Shown here: piece by piece, positions 27,263 through 39,135 of the stretch
Position numbering within the stretch: position 1 is the first letter of the stretch
Layout: each line of letters begins with the position of its first letter
NCBI GenBank assembly: GCA_010093605.1
Contig: MU004196.1
Coordinates: 952,606-1,016,605 of the forward strand
Direction of reading: 5' to 3'
Length of the DNA: 64,000 nucleotides
DNA from: Lophium mytilinum
Taxonomy: Eukaryota
The notes under the pieces: generated by a model
Seen by the model: the letters and a program-made list of their open reading frames with translations, nothing else
Told to the model about the DNA's origin: nothing
Database searches by the model: none
Program-made: the position numbers and the translations under genes

Positions 27263-27769
27263 TTAGTGATGGGTCTGCCGCCGTTTACGGTCACGGGTCT
27301 GGTCAAAGGCGCTCACGTAGCCCTTCAGCTCGTGGGCAGCCTGGGCGGAGAGGCCCTGCGTGGGCTGGGTGGAAGTGATGGAGGAAAGCGATGACCGTGA
27401 CGATGAGGGTGATAAGCTCCGCTTTGGTGGTGACGCGGAGGCGTAGCCAGTTGACGCCGGGGAGTGGAAGTAGGAGCTCGGGGTGGTGGAGTAGTAGGTG
27501 GGACTCGTTGGGGCCGAATCGAGCCTCGTCGAAGTGGATTTGTACGCCGCGAAGTTGACTGCGGGCGGGAGGTAGAAGCCAGCGCTCGACGATGCGTACG
27601 ACGCAGCGGACGAGGCGGAAGAGGAGAAGTTCATGGGCAATTGGGGCTCTGATGTGCCCGCCTTCTCGAGGTCAGCGAGGCGGCAGGCCTGCGAGCAGTA
27701 TGCACCCTCCGCGATTTGGCGGTCGCAGGAGAGGCAGAAGTCGTGGGACCAGTCCAGTTCGGTCGTCAT
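27263..27769 (-). CDS. ECL1: Ecl1/2/3-family zinc-binding life-span regulatory protein
   Basis: Strong Kozak gccaccATG; DFCLSCDRQ...AYCSQACRLAD four-Cys motif followed by a Ser-rich tail; intronless. Confidence 0.85.
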   Translation of the reverse strand: MTTELDWSHDFCLSCDRQIAEGAYCSQACRLADLEKAGTSEPQLPMNFSSSASSAASYASSSAGFYLPPAVNFAAYKSTSTRLDSAPTSPTYYSTTPSSYFHSPASTGYASASPPKRSLSPSSSRSSLSSITSTQPTQGLSAQAAHELKGYVSAFDQTRDRKRRQTHH

Positions 27770-30700
27770 GGTGGCGAACGGGCGGGAGCGGTGCAAATGT
27801 TGGAAGTGGTGGTAGTGGTGGAAATGGTGGAAGATGTCGAGCAAAGCTGGATGACTCGAGGACGGCTGGCTATATCGGGCCGGCAGCAATGGTCACCCGT
27901 GGATGAGGTGAGAGAGAGAGAGTGGGAGACGACGCGGTATATCAAGTACGCGGAGAGCTCGGAAGGGCAGTGCAGTGAGCAGTGGAGAATTGGAGAGACG
28001 TGGTGGAGTGCGTGGGAGTGAAGGTGCGGGTGGTGAGGGCACTTTGTATCAGGCACCTCAGGGCGCATCTGCAGGCCTGGCAGAACTAGGACTTTTCCGA
28101 GCGACATCCCACGCGCAGGGGCCCCGGCTGTCGCAATGACCATCGGGCCCTTGTCGTCTGGGCACGACCTGGCGGGCGAAGGTTGCGGCGGTTAGGAAAA
28201 ATGAGTTGTGCTGCACGCTAACGATCCGAGGAGTCGCTGATCGCTGAACCAACCCCAGCCTCGATTCGCCGCCCGCTGAAATTTGTCGGCCGGCTGGTGG
28301 CCTCTTGATTTTCAAGACCCAGAGCCCACAGCCGGCCATTCGCCCAGCGCCAGCATTAGCATTCTCGGGACCACCTCTGCGCTGGCTTCGGCTCGGGCAC
28401 CAGAGAACCAGCCGGCCACCGCGTCGCGTCGCCCATCGCCTGTCGCCAGAGAGCGTGCGTGCAGTGCAGAGTGCAGGCCGAGCGTGGGCAGTTGCAGTTA
28501 CAGGCTGTGGGGCATGGGCTCATCAAGGTGCTGCTCTCTCGCTCTTGTGACACCACGTCAAAGCCCCAGTTTTTGCGATGCAGCGCGTGAGGCCGCCCAG
28601 AGACACCCTCATCGGTGGGCCGACACCCGTGCTTTTGTCTGCCACCGCTGGAGGTCCCCTGATGCGTGCCGAAGAATTCGAAAACGTCGGTTTCGACAGT
28701 TTGATGGCTCTCTGCCCATCTCAGACGGGTCAGACAGCGTCAGAACACACTGCCATTTCATCTTCAACCGCGCTGAACGCCTCTTTATGGCGACTCATGC
28801 GTCGTTCACGTTAAGGTCCCGACGGTCCGTACCTTTAATCCATCCTGCCGCGAGCAGCGGCGGCCAAGCGTAATGTCCAGGGTGTCTTGTCTATCTCGCT
28901 CGGTGGTTCCCAGCAGCACTGAAACCCCTAGCGTGTCTTCTGCCTTTGTAGTCCGCGCTGCCTATCCGAGGCAGAATACATCTATTGCAAGATCTAGTCC
29001 AAGTCAATTCAAGTCAGGTTCCAAGTTCCAAGTCAAAAGCATCATGAGCATTAGCAGTACTGTGAGTATCTCTAGCGCAATCGACGCATTCGGCCCTCGC
29101 CTGAAGTCATGATGGCCTCGATCCAGCTGTCTCACAATCTTCACCACGAGAACGCAATCTTGCGCCCAGCGCTGCTCCCGCTATCAAACCTGTTCTGCTA
29201 GCGGCCTCAGGGCGGCAATCTATTCGTGGACGCCGTCACTGGGCCTGTGTCTTCCCGTGCAGCTTGCCCGTTGAGGTCAAGCAGCCTCGTCTCAGCAATC
29301 TGATTGCCCGTCCGGGTCACGATCGCAAACGGGTGAGGGTGTGCGCCGTCACACAGCATGGCCTTGGTTCTGCTGAGCAAAGCAGCACCGGCCTTGGACG
29401 CAGGGGCGCCGTCTTATGCTCAGCCCTGTATGCTGAGAAGCCGTCGCAGGATTTGCCCCAGGAATGCGCCTGATCAGGCGGATGATGGACAGAGGACTAC
29501 GGAATGTGCTGCTGCTGCTATCAACTCCTCGTTGCGCGCTTGCTGCGGCGAGAATGCCATCTGGCCGGGCACCCGCAGCGCAAGACGTTATCTAGTACCA
29601 CCATCGCGCCCTCGAGTCTTCACGCTAGGTCACGATCAGTCTGTCCTGCTTCAGAGTTCACGCGAGCCTCACGCCAGGGCAATTTGGAGCTGGTAGCCGC
29701 GTGGAGTCGCACCGGGCCCGCTCGATCTTGCAGCTAGCCATATCGCCGCCAAACAGCCGTCCGAATGCGCGCTGCCGGCGCTGCCATTGACGTTGGAGGC
29801 GCCCTGGCCCCAGTTTCCTCTTGCGCTGCTATCAGGACATTTCTGGCGCCCCCTGGGCCCAATCAGTCCTCATTCATGGCGTCGGTTCGCCCCAGCACTC
29901 CAGGAGTACGCGACGTCAGCCAGCCTGCGCCCTAGCCTTGCCAGTTCTTCTCACCAATCACCCGAAAAGAACGAGCCAGAACAGGGGCAGGAATTCTTGA
30001 TTGCCGTATGCAGGACCCTGGCAGGCCTCTTCAGTTCAGCAGCCTGGCCTGGATTGCTCAGCGGCTGCGAGGTGAGACGGAAGGGGGCGTTCACGAACAG
30101 GCGTTCACTCACCGTTCACCCACGCTTCACCACGGCAGCGGCTGCAGTCACCGGACGTCGACGCGTTCGCGGGCCTCTTTCTGTCACTTCCTGCGGCAAA
30201 AATGTGATATCGAAGCTCTCTCCGCCTTCGTGCTGCACGCCGCGCCTCTTTCCCCTCAGAGTGTGGAGAAGTTGGACTGGCTGACTGCAATGCCCGCAGC
30301 TCGTGCAGGCACAGGCCCTGCACCTGCATCCAGTCAAGCGCACTACTGCTGTTGACTTGCATATGCTTCCATCTGCTATTCGCCATTGTCGCTGGGATGG
30401 CACAGACGGCCGCTGTCAACCCCCACGCCGCCAGGTGCCCATGAAGACGCCCAGCCTGTTTTCCCCAAGCGTTCATGGCACTCTATCGCGGATCGCCAGA
30501 GCAGCGTCAGCGCAAAGCGAGATTGCCAGGACAGCGAGAGCAAACCCCAGTAGTTGCACCTCTCCAACAGGCCCCAGACGCTGTTATCGTCGAGTTTCGA
30601 CCTTAGCAGTGTTTGGTCTGGCGCGGCCTGCCCGAGGCTGCCGAAGCACTGTCGTTAATATCGCTCTATGCGCGCGTTCCCGCTCTCATCTTCCCGTGCC

Positions 30701-33643
30701 GTACGCTCTATCGTGGCCCCTCTTCGTCCTGGACCCTCTCTGCCCTCTTCTGGACACCCTCTGGGCAGGCTGCCACTCTGGGTGCTCGCCCTCATCTCGC
30801 CGCAGCTGAGACCAGGCGCCAATAAGCCATCGGCAGCCCCGCAGACTTGCAGGATCGCAAGATGCTTTTGGCGGCTGCTGGCGCGAGGGTGTGTTGCGTG
30901 CTTCCCCACAAAAACGCAACCGACGGCTTGCGGCAGCGAGGACAGATCCGCGCCCGATCACCACGATCGGCCTCAACCTTTCTGCCTCCATTGTCGCTCT
31001 CCTTTTCGGGGCATTACAATCGGTCAATCGCGCACGCCTTCGTTACACCACCAACAGCGCAGGATAGGGGCCAATGCTGAGGGTGTTGTGGCGGATTCCA
31101 GGCCTAGCAACATCCAAGCACCCGTCGGCCTCTCCAGGCTGACTTCGCTTCTACGCCGTGTCTGCACAGTTCGCAAAGTTTGCGTCGCGCTGCCTGCTGT
31201 GTGAACCAACACGCCACCCTGTTTGCCACAGGCGCTTCGAGATTTCCCTGCTGTACTATGTATGTCCAAGGAGCCTCGTCTCGGCGTGCGTGGGCGCCGG
31301 ATCTGCGTGCGGCGAAGCTGGTACCGATGCAATATCTGCAAGACGAGAGAGGGATCTGACCATTCCCGGAACGACGTCGCGCCTGCGCTATTTGTGCTAT
31401 TTCTGCATCCAGATCCCCGTCGTCGTCAAACTGTGGTTGACGCAATTGACTCTGCATGAGCAATTTGCGTTGCTGGGGCAGGCAATCTTGCAGATAGAGC
31501 AGCAGTGCATGTGTATTGACTGCTTTCCCCCAGCATCCGTGGCGGCACCGAGATGGCCAAGAGGAGCATCCCGAGCGTCAACATGAAGCGAAGCATGCAC
31601 TCCAATCCCGTTGCAAGGTTGATACAGTGCTTACCCGTGTGTAGACTCGAAACGCACGCCTCCAGTTGCCTCCCGAGCGGTGCGTCGCGTAGAGGCACAA
31701 CCTCAGGCAAAAACTGCGGGGAATCGTCGTAGGCCTCCACGTCGATGAGCACCGTCGTGCCAAAAACGTGGACAATCTGTACTACCTCATCCCTAGGGAC
31801 GAAGTCGTACTCACCCGAAGCCGACAAGCTCGAGGTCGTGAGGCCACCGGGATTCACTCCGCTCGGAGAGGGAGCGCGTTGCATCGCATTGCATTCTCAC
31901 TGCCATTATGGTGCGAGAGCACGCAAGGACATCACCCATCACCGGATGGCCACAAAGGGTCTGTCCACAGCAGCAGCTGGAGCGCGCCACGAGAGGTTGA
32001 CACGGCGTGTTCATAGTCTGTGTGAATTGGCCCCGAAGAATGCGTAGGTACTGTACGTCCTGCATTGACTACACTGCGCTGAGGCATTTTCATCAATCAG
32101 CAAACTCTTCTGTGCCTTTCCAAGCGACAGCATGGACCTGGAGGTACATGCACGAGCACGAATGCAATCCACCTGCATTCCCGTTCCGATCGATTGCCTT
32201 TCTGCCTCTCCGGTGCCTTGCGCGCCTTGCTCCACATCTGCAGCCATCTCCATCGCCTCGAATTCCAATATTCCTCGATAATGACTAATCTACTCACCTT
32301 TGCGTCACCTCAACCGGCCCTATTAACCACACATACCAGCACTCGCACAAAGCACAAGGCTCCACACCTTCGCTGCCTCCAGCCGCCGTCAAACCAAACC
32401 ACGCCAGCATGTCCACTCACACCACCGCCAACGCCGGGCATGCGGCGTTTCAGGCTCCCGCCACCCCAGCCCCAGCCGAGTCATCCGAAAACCGAGTGCT
32501 TCTGTCTCTCTGTGTATCGCCGCGCGCGGCAGCCAACAAGATCTTGACAGCTGGCCGGCGGGAAGATCTGCGGAGGTAGCACCGACCCAATTGCGCGCTC
32601 ATGTCATGAATCTGAGACGGACGGGCCGTTGCTCGCTAGCCGCCAACGCGCACTGACGGTTGCAGGATTTCGTTGGGACGCTGGGACTTTGGACGTCGGG
32701 ACTGCAGAGAGTAGGTGGGTGAGGGGAGTCCTTGCAAGAGCGCCCTGGTATATACCTCATTCTTTGCACGTGAGAGTGGGAAGGCATGCGCTGATCTCCC
32801 GTCGAGGGGGGTGAGTGTGCAGCATGGGTGTGGGCGTTTTCGCCTGGATTTGCCTGAGTTTGCCTGTTGCCTCGGGCGTTTTGGGGGCAGGCGAAAGAGG
32901 GATTGGCGACGCCGATGTCGGATTTGGGAGGATTTGTTACGTTATAGATGGGATAGATTGGACTTGGCGATGGGTGGGAGGGATAGGGGAGTGGAGCAAG
33001 ATGCATGCAGTCATAGTTGAGCGACGTTGAATCATCGATGGCGTGAGATACACGTACCTGACTGACTAATCGTACGATGGATACGGACGAAAGGTTGGCA
33101 TGCGGGTACGTGCTCGGGAGTTCGTTTGAGTGAGTTTTTTGGGTGTACCTAAGTGAGTTGTTGCGAGTCATGCGAAATTGTGGTGGTTTTGACGAAAGCC
33201 AGTGAGTAGGAGGGTGGTTGGGGGATGGGGTGTGATTGGGCGAGGTGGACGACGTCGAAGTATCTGCACGTGGCGTAGTCGCTTTAGATGGACGTCAGTT
33301 CTTCTCCAACACCTCGTCCACGTTTTCGTAGAAGATACTGCCATGAAGTGAGTGCTGAAATGATACAATCGGAACCGTACAAGGTAAGAAAGACATGAGG
33401 TGAGAATAGCGCTATGGGAGATCTTCCGCGCCGATCCGCACAACCTCGAGATCTTCGTGCGAAAATATCTTAGCCGCAACCACAGACGTCAGGTATCGTG
33501 AACAGCTTGGCGACTTCCTCAATCTTCACACAATCTAGATTTCCGTACTCTTCTCTACTTCAAACACAACTTTTCATTTTTCTCCAAACCTTCCGATTAC
33601 TCTCTTATCATAACCCAAGAGCGGTGAAGACGCATCCCCCACC

Positions 33644-33651
33644 TCACGTGA
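33644..33651. promoter_or_regulatory. Palindromic E-box TCACGTGA (Cbf1-type bHLH site) upstream of MET22-like gene
   Basis: Exact TCACGTGA ~100 bp upstream of ATG 33754; further CACGTG at 32767 and 33267. Confidence 0.4.
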
Positions 33652-33753
33652 AGAAAAAAGCAACTCCCCTCCATCTCCACATCACCCAAAACTTACAGCC
33701 TCCCTCTCTATCTTTCTCCTACACTCTCTCCGCATCATTCCCTAGTCTCCACC

Positions 33754-34875
33754 ATGTACCCCAACTACACCCCCGACCTCCACCTCGCCCTCCGCACCGT
33801 CCACCGCGCCACCCTTCTCACCAAATCCATCCTCCGCCTCCTCAACAACTCCATCGCGGCGGAAACAAAACCCGACGCCTCCCCCGTCACCATCGCCGAC
33901 TTCGCCGCCCAATGCCTCATCATCGCCGCCCTCCGCGCCCACCACCCCGCCGACAGCTTCGTCGGCGAAGAGAGCGCGGCGGCGCTGCGCGCGAACCCCG
34001 CGTTGCGCGAAGCCGTGTGGGCCTTAGTATCATCGGCGTCGAGCGAGGCTTTGACGGGGCTGGGGGAGGGGGATGGCGAGGGAGTGGAGGCGTTAGCGGT
34101 GCCGCAGACGATGGAGGAGATGCTTGATGTGATCGATGTGGGGCTCGGCGAGCAGACGAAGGAGGGCAGGGTGTGGGTGCTTGATCCGGTGGACGGGACA
34201 GCGACGTTTATGAAGGGGCAGCAGTATGTCGTTGCGCTGGCGCTGTTGGTGGATGGGGTGCAGAAAGTGGGGGTGCTGGCGGCGCCGAATCTGCGGTGGG
34301 ACGTTAGAGCGGGAGGAGGGGCGGGGCAGAAGATTCATGAGGATTTGGTGGATGGGGAGGGGTGGGGGGTTGTGCTGAGTGCGGTTGAGGGGGAGGGGGC
34401 CTGGGTGAGGCGGGTTGAGGAAGAGGGGTATGGGGAGGCCGTGCGGATTGGGGTGGATGACAGGGAGAGGCGGTTGGAGGAGTTGGATTTCGTGGAGGCG
34501 GCGCCGGGCTCGACGACGCTTTCGCAGGAGAGCCATAGGAGGGTTGCGGAGGGGTTGGGGGCGAAGTGGCCGGGGACGCAGCTGTGGAGCCAGCAGATGA
34601 AGTACGTGGCGCTGTCCCTAGGGGCTGTGGATGTGATGCTCAGGATACCGAAGACGAAAGACCGCTTCACGCAGGTATGGGATCATGCTGGGGGACAGCT
34701 TATCTTCCAGGAGACAGGAGGCAAGATCCAGGATTTGAATGGCGGAGCTATTGATCTTGCCCAGGGAAGGAAGCTTAAGGGAGAGAGGAATTTTGGCATG
34801 ATTGCTGCGAGGCCGTGGTGTTGGGAGAAGGTAAACGAAGCTGCGAAAGAGGCGGTAGCGGCATTGGGCTTTTAG
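33754..34875 (+). CDS. 3'(2'),5'-bisphosphate nucleotidase (MET22/HAL2-like), inositol monophosphatase family
   Basis: KPDASPVTIADFAAQ, VGEESA, WVLDPVDGT, SQQMKY, WDHAGG. Variant DGTATF rather than DGTKGF suggests a paralogue; intronless. Confidence 0.88.
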   Translation: MYPNYTPDLHLALRTVHRATLLTKSILRLLNNSIAAETKPDASPVTIADFAAQCLIIAALRAHHPADSFVGEESAAALRANPALREAVWALVSSASSEALTGLGEGDGEGVEALAVPQTMEEMLDVIDVGLGEQTKEGRVWVLDPVDGTATFMKGQQYVVALALLVDGVQKVGVLAAPNLRWDVRAGGGAGQKIHEDLVDGEGWGVVLSAVEGEGAWVRRVEEEGYGEAVRIGVDDRERRLEELDFVEAAPGSTTLSQESHRRVAEGLGAKWPGTQLWSQQMKYVALSLGAVDVMLRIPKTKDRFTQVWDHAGGQLIFQETGGKIQDLNGGAIDLAQGRKLKGERNFGMIAARPWCWEKVNEAAKEAVAALGF

Positions 34876-35023
34876 GCGCAGTGACGAGGATTTCGATGGT
34901 AGATACCTCTTAGAACTCTGTAAAGCATGGGTTATATCTGGCACTCAAGATTTCGATCCCTCCCGTGTTGCCGCAATGGACCCCTTGCGCGCTAGAAATC
35001 AGATCACAGAAATAGACTCAGTC

Positions 35024-35306
35024 TTAAGGTGGTGAGATGTAGTAACAGGACCCAGTCTGTGCGATTTAAAGTCGATTTAGACATGTTATTAAAGTAGGCT
35101 TCATATTAGCTTGTAGAAAGAGGGTTAATTTTAAGGTCGCGAGATGTACTAACGGGAGCCAGTCCGTGCGATTTGAGTTCGATTTGGGCATGTTATTGAG
35201 GTAGGCTTCAGATTAGCTTGTAGAAAGAAGCTTGGGTTTGAGGTCGCAAGATGTGTAAACGGGAGCTAGTCCGTGCGATTTTAAGTCGATTTGGGTATGT
35301 CATTGA
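35024..35306. repeat. ~107-bp tandem repeat, ~2.6 copies
   Basis: Units beginning (a/g)agatgt...cagtc(t/c)gtgcgattt...gtaggcttca.attagcttgtagaaag...aggtcgc at ~35034, ~35141 and ~35248. Confidence 0.9.
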
Positions 35307-35690
35307 CAAGGCTTGTAAATAAGCGGCGGATTTTAATGACTTGTAACGATCGATCATAAGAGATGGAAGGCAGTCCGAAGGCTACAAACTAGACATACTA
35401 CGAAACACATGCTCCACAAGACTGACAAGCTGGGACGAACCACATGTTTCATAAAAGTATTTGCAAGAAAAAGAGCCTCCAAGGAGAAGTGTTAGAACAA
35501 TGCTGCTCAAAGCCGCAATATGTACCGGTTCCACGATAAAAATCCTAACCAGACGTAGCCAAACCAGTCCCAATCCCAGACGCCAACAAGCCTAGACTAC
35601 GAAATCCGACCCAAGACCAAACCGACCATATACAAAGATCAAATACAACCGCAACCAGCGCCGGACTTATTTCATTCAGATTCAACCCCT

Positions 35691-38561
35691 TTACAGTCTC
35701 ACATTCGCGCCGATTGCCTTGCCTTGGTACCAGATCCTCTGATTCCACAAACCGACCCGAACGCCCACCTCCGCGAACGCACTGAGCTTTAATTGCCCAC
35801 CCAGCGCTTTACGGATAGCGTCGTAGCCCACACCCCCGATGCTCCAGTCCACCGGGAGCCGCGGCGACTCGGACAGCCCGGGTGGGACAGCGAAGGGCAG
35901 CTCGTAGAGGATCTTGCCTGCGGGGTCGCCCTCGTAGAAGGAGGTGGCGTTGAGGTGAGTGATGTAGAGGGTAGTGGTAGAGAGAGGAGATGCCAGGGTG
36001 AAGATGGCGGTGCTGGAGATGAGGTGCATCTGTAGGGAGTTAGTACTCATGATTGGACGTCAAGTATGTGGATAAAGGGTGACTGTACGTACAGTGGCGT
36101 CTTTGATGAAGTGGGGGCCATCGTCTTCGGGGCCATCAGGGTCGTCGCCGTCGGAAGGTTTCTTAGGGCTGCTAAGGGAAGGAGTGGGAAGATCGATGCC
36201 GAATGCCGAGAGTGCAAAGCCGAGAGCGGGCTGCGAAGGGATGGTGCCATTGTGGGTCTTCAGTGTTAGAGTGGTATTGTAACCTACTTTTATTAGTCCT
36301 TTGAAGATGGCGACTGGGCGAAGTGGATTACCTGAGATGTACTGAGATAGCAATTCTCTACCGACAGCCTTGCCTTTCTCCCCACTATTACCAAATGGAT
36401 CATAAACTGCCGTGATAGTGACGTTGGTGTTGTTTCCAGGAACGACGAAGACGTTAGTGGCAGTTGCCGATCCAAGTATAGTATCATTCACAAGGATATT
36501 GATATTGAAATACGGCACTGTCGCAGAGTAGTTGGTGGGATTGGTAAAGTTCACTTCAGCTTGCAGCGTGAGGGACGTGGCACCCGTGTCAAGAATTTTC
36601 AGATTTCCAATTTTGGGAGACAAGGAGCCGATTGAGCCTCCATCCTTTCCAATTGCTACGCCGAAACGATGAATTAGCAATGCAGCGGTTGTTGCAAATT
36701 CGAAGTCGGGTTACGAACGTTTGACAGGTATCGTTCCCTCCGCTGGGATCTGCCGCACTGCAAACTTGCCCATCGGGGTATCCATTCCTACGTCCACGTC
36801 GGCCTTGACCGTTAAATAGATTGCTTTGCCTCCGAATATAAGAGCTGACACAACCTCGCTAAACAAATCGTCGTCGGTGATCTCCAATGGGGCCTTTTTC
36901 ACGGCCGACTTGACCAACAAGGAGGCTCCCTCATCATCATGGGCGTCAATCCTTGATGAGCTAGCCTTCTGCCATTTGTCTAGATGCAATATGCCAAGCG
37001 GCTTGTTCTTGTAAAATACGTCCGCGATCGCTCGAACGCGGCTAACGTTGAGGGGGAAATTCATCTCTTCTGGAAGACCAACCAAAACGTTGATAGTCGC
37101 GGAAATTTGTGGCTGTGACTCCGGAGTACCAGGGTCAGCAAAGAGCTCAGGGAGGCTGAATTTGACATCTTCTAGAGAAAAGTTCTTGATCAAATGACCC
37201 ATGCTCTTTCCTGCGAATGGAAGTGGAACGGTGATATCTTTAAGGAGGTCTCGTGTCCACTGAGGCGTCTTTGGATCCGGGAACTTGCAACAGTTGATGT
37301 AGATTGTGGCATCCTCTCCATGAATATATTTGCCTAAGAAGGTATCGAGTGGCGACTTGAGAGAGTTCGGGCATGCGGAGGTGAGGGCATCGGGCAATGA
37401 GTCAACACTGCCAGTAACGTTCACTTCGAGATCTGTCTTCGGTTCGACATGTAATGGGGTGGTCTCTGCCTCACCCACTTTGATATACGAGTCTGAGGGC
37501 ATACAATTGTCGACCATAACATCCACCGAAACAGGCGGCACGATGAAGTCGACAAGGTAGTCATTCTTGACCGTTATGGAGACATCCGCCCCCATCCCTT
37601 GGGATCCATTATTGGCTTCTCGGAGGTTGAGTTTGTTGATGTCGTACCGAGGAAGCGAAGGAACGTCGTTTCCTGTGGAAGAGGGACTATTAGCATCATT
37701 GAGTATCAGTGGCTAAAGCCTATAATGTGAATGCAACCTACCTTCAAAGAGCATTGATTGTTCAAGGATTTGATCACCCAAGTGGAAGATTCCAGACTTT
37801 AAGGGCACTCTAGCCTTGCCTTTCACTCGCAACTGGCCCAGACGGCCCTCCATCCAGTCATTGGCGATATTGCGGATCCCATCGAAGGAACCAGGTTCCA
37901 AGTTCGCGAAGAAAGAGACATGAGTAGTATGTCCGTTTCGTATGTTGACCTTGATCCCGGGTATCTTCGCTGTCCCCACTAGGATGTTTCCGTACTCTGG
38001 GAGGTACACCTCAACGTTGGACGGTCCGCTCTCAACCTCTTTCGCGATCCAGGTCCCAAACTTTCCGATGTCTCGAGTCGACTTCTTCTCGACCTTCGAG
38101 GCGTCCAGCTTGAAGTCCCCTTGAACTTGCACTCGAACTCCAGTCTTCGTTAATGAGTCTAGGGAAAGCTTGGTGGGCTTGAAGTCCACGGCCTGCGTGG
38201 CATACTCTTCGACCGCTGCGGGGCCGAAGAAGCCGACCAGCATGATGATAATGACCACCAGACATAGTAGGAATAGAGCGACGATGCTGGGCCATCTCCG
38301 CTTGCCCTTGGCGGAAGACTTGGAACCAGAGCGGCCGGTCAGAGAACGCAGGAGGGCTGTGGTAGCGCCGGTAGGGTGGTCGTTAGGCGGGTTATCTTCT
38401 TCATCATCGCTCTCGTTTCGTGCTAATAGTGGTGTTTGCTCCGTAGACCTGCTAGAAGGCTGCGATCGTGAGGATCGTGATGATTTCTGGGATCGTTGAG
38501 AGGCTGGTCGTGATGAGGGCGTTGGCGTGGCGCTCCGCGCGTCGCTGGAAGCTTCGGCCAT
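35691..38561 (-). CDS. Tag1/DUF3712-like single-pass membrane protein with repeated LEA2-like beta domains
   Basis: N-terminal EQTPLL dileucine-type motif, one TM (IVALFLLCLVVIIIMLVGFF), long beta-rich lumenal region, NFTNPTNYSA, end GYDAIRKALGGQLKL...GANVRL*; several introns. Confidence 0.75.
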
Positions 38562-39135
38562 GACAATCGGAGATGAGGTTCGTGAGAAGGGCTACAACAT
38601 CATCTATACAGAAGAAAGTGGTAAGAAAGTGTGGTGGGTGGGTATAGGTGCAGCGGTTGCGTGTAGGATAAGGTGAGACGCAAGAAGGCCGTGGCGGCTC
38701 AGTGACGACAAGGACAGAGCGGCCAAGACCTCAGCCACTCCCAGGAACGAGAGAGTCGCGCCAGCTCACTGTTGTTTTCACATGGCCGGGGCTAATCCAT
38801 ACCCATATAAAAGCGATCTCGTACCGTTTCCGCCCCTACTTCTCCTCAAAATACCCTAATCGTCCCAGTGAATCCTTCTTCATGTGATGCGGACTCCACC
38901 TGCAACTCCACCGGGCGTGCCAGGGAGCCTTGACGATGCGGGCGCGATAGCCAATTAAAACCCCGCAATTGACGGTCCAATCACCTCGTCTTCTCCAGAT
39001 TCTGATGTGACGCATGCGCCCTAAATTTTACAGCTCCCAGCCAGAACGTGACTGAACTTTCTCCCTAAAAGAGCCCCTACGCCCTCAATTGTACCCAATA
39101 GAGCTCAAACTTGCAAATTAGACGTCCATACTACA

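Noticed and set aside
27770..27889. His-rich in-frame N-terminal extension of the Ecl1-like ORF from a TTG
   Set aside because: The CCA-rich tract is typical of a fungal 5' UTR and the downstream ATG has an ideal Kozak context.
28283..33479. Numerous 60-196 aa ORFs upstream of the Ecl1-like gene
   Set aside because: No domains, no consistent splice structure, many non-ATG starts.
38562..39135. Gcn4/CPC-1 site in the ARG3 promoter
   Set aside because: Only imperfect TGACTG/TGACGC words were seen; too weak to call.
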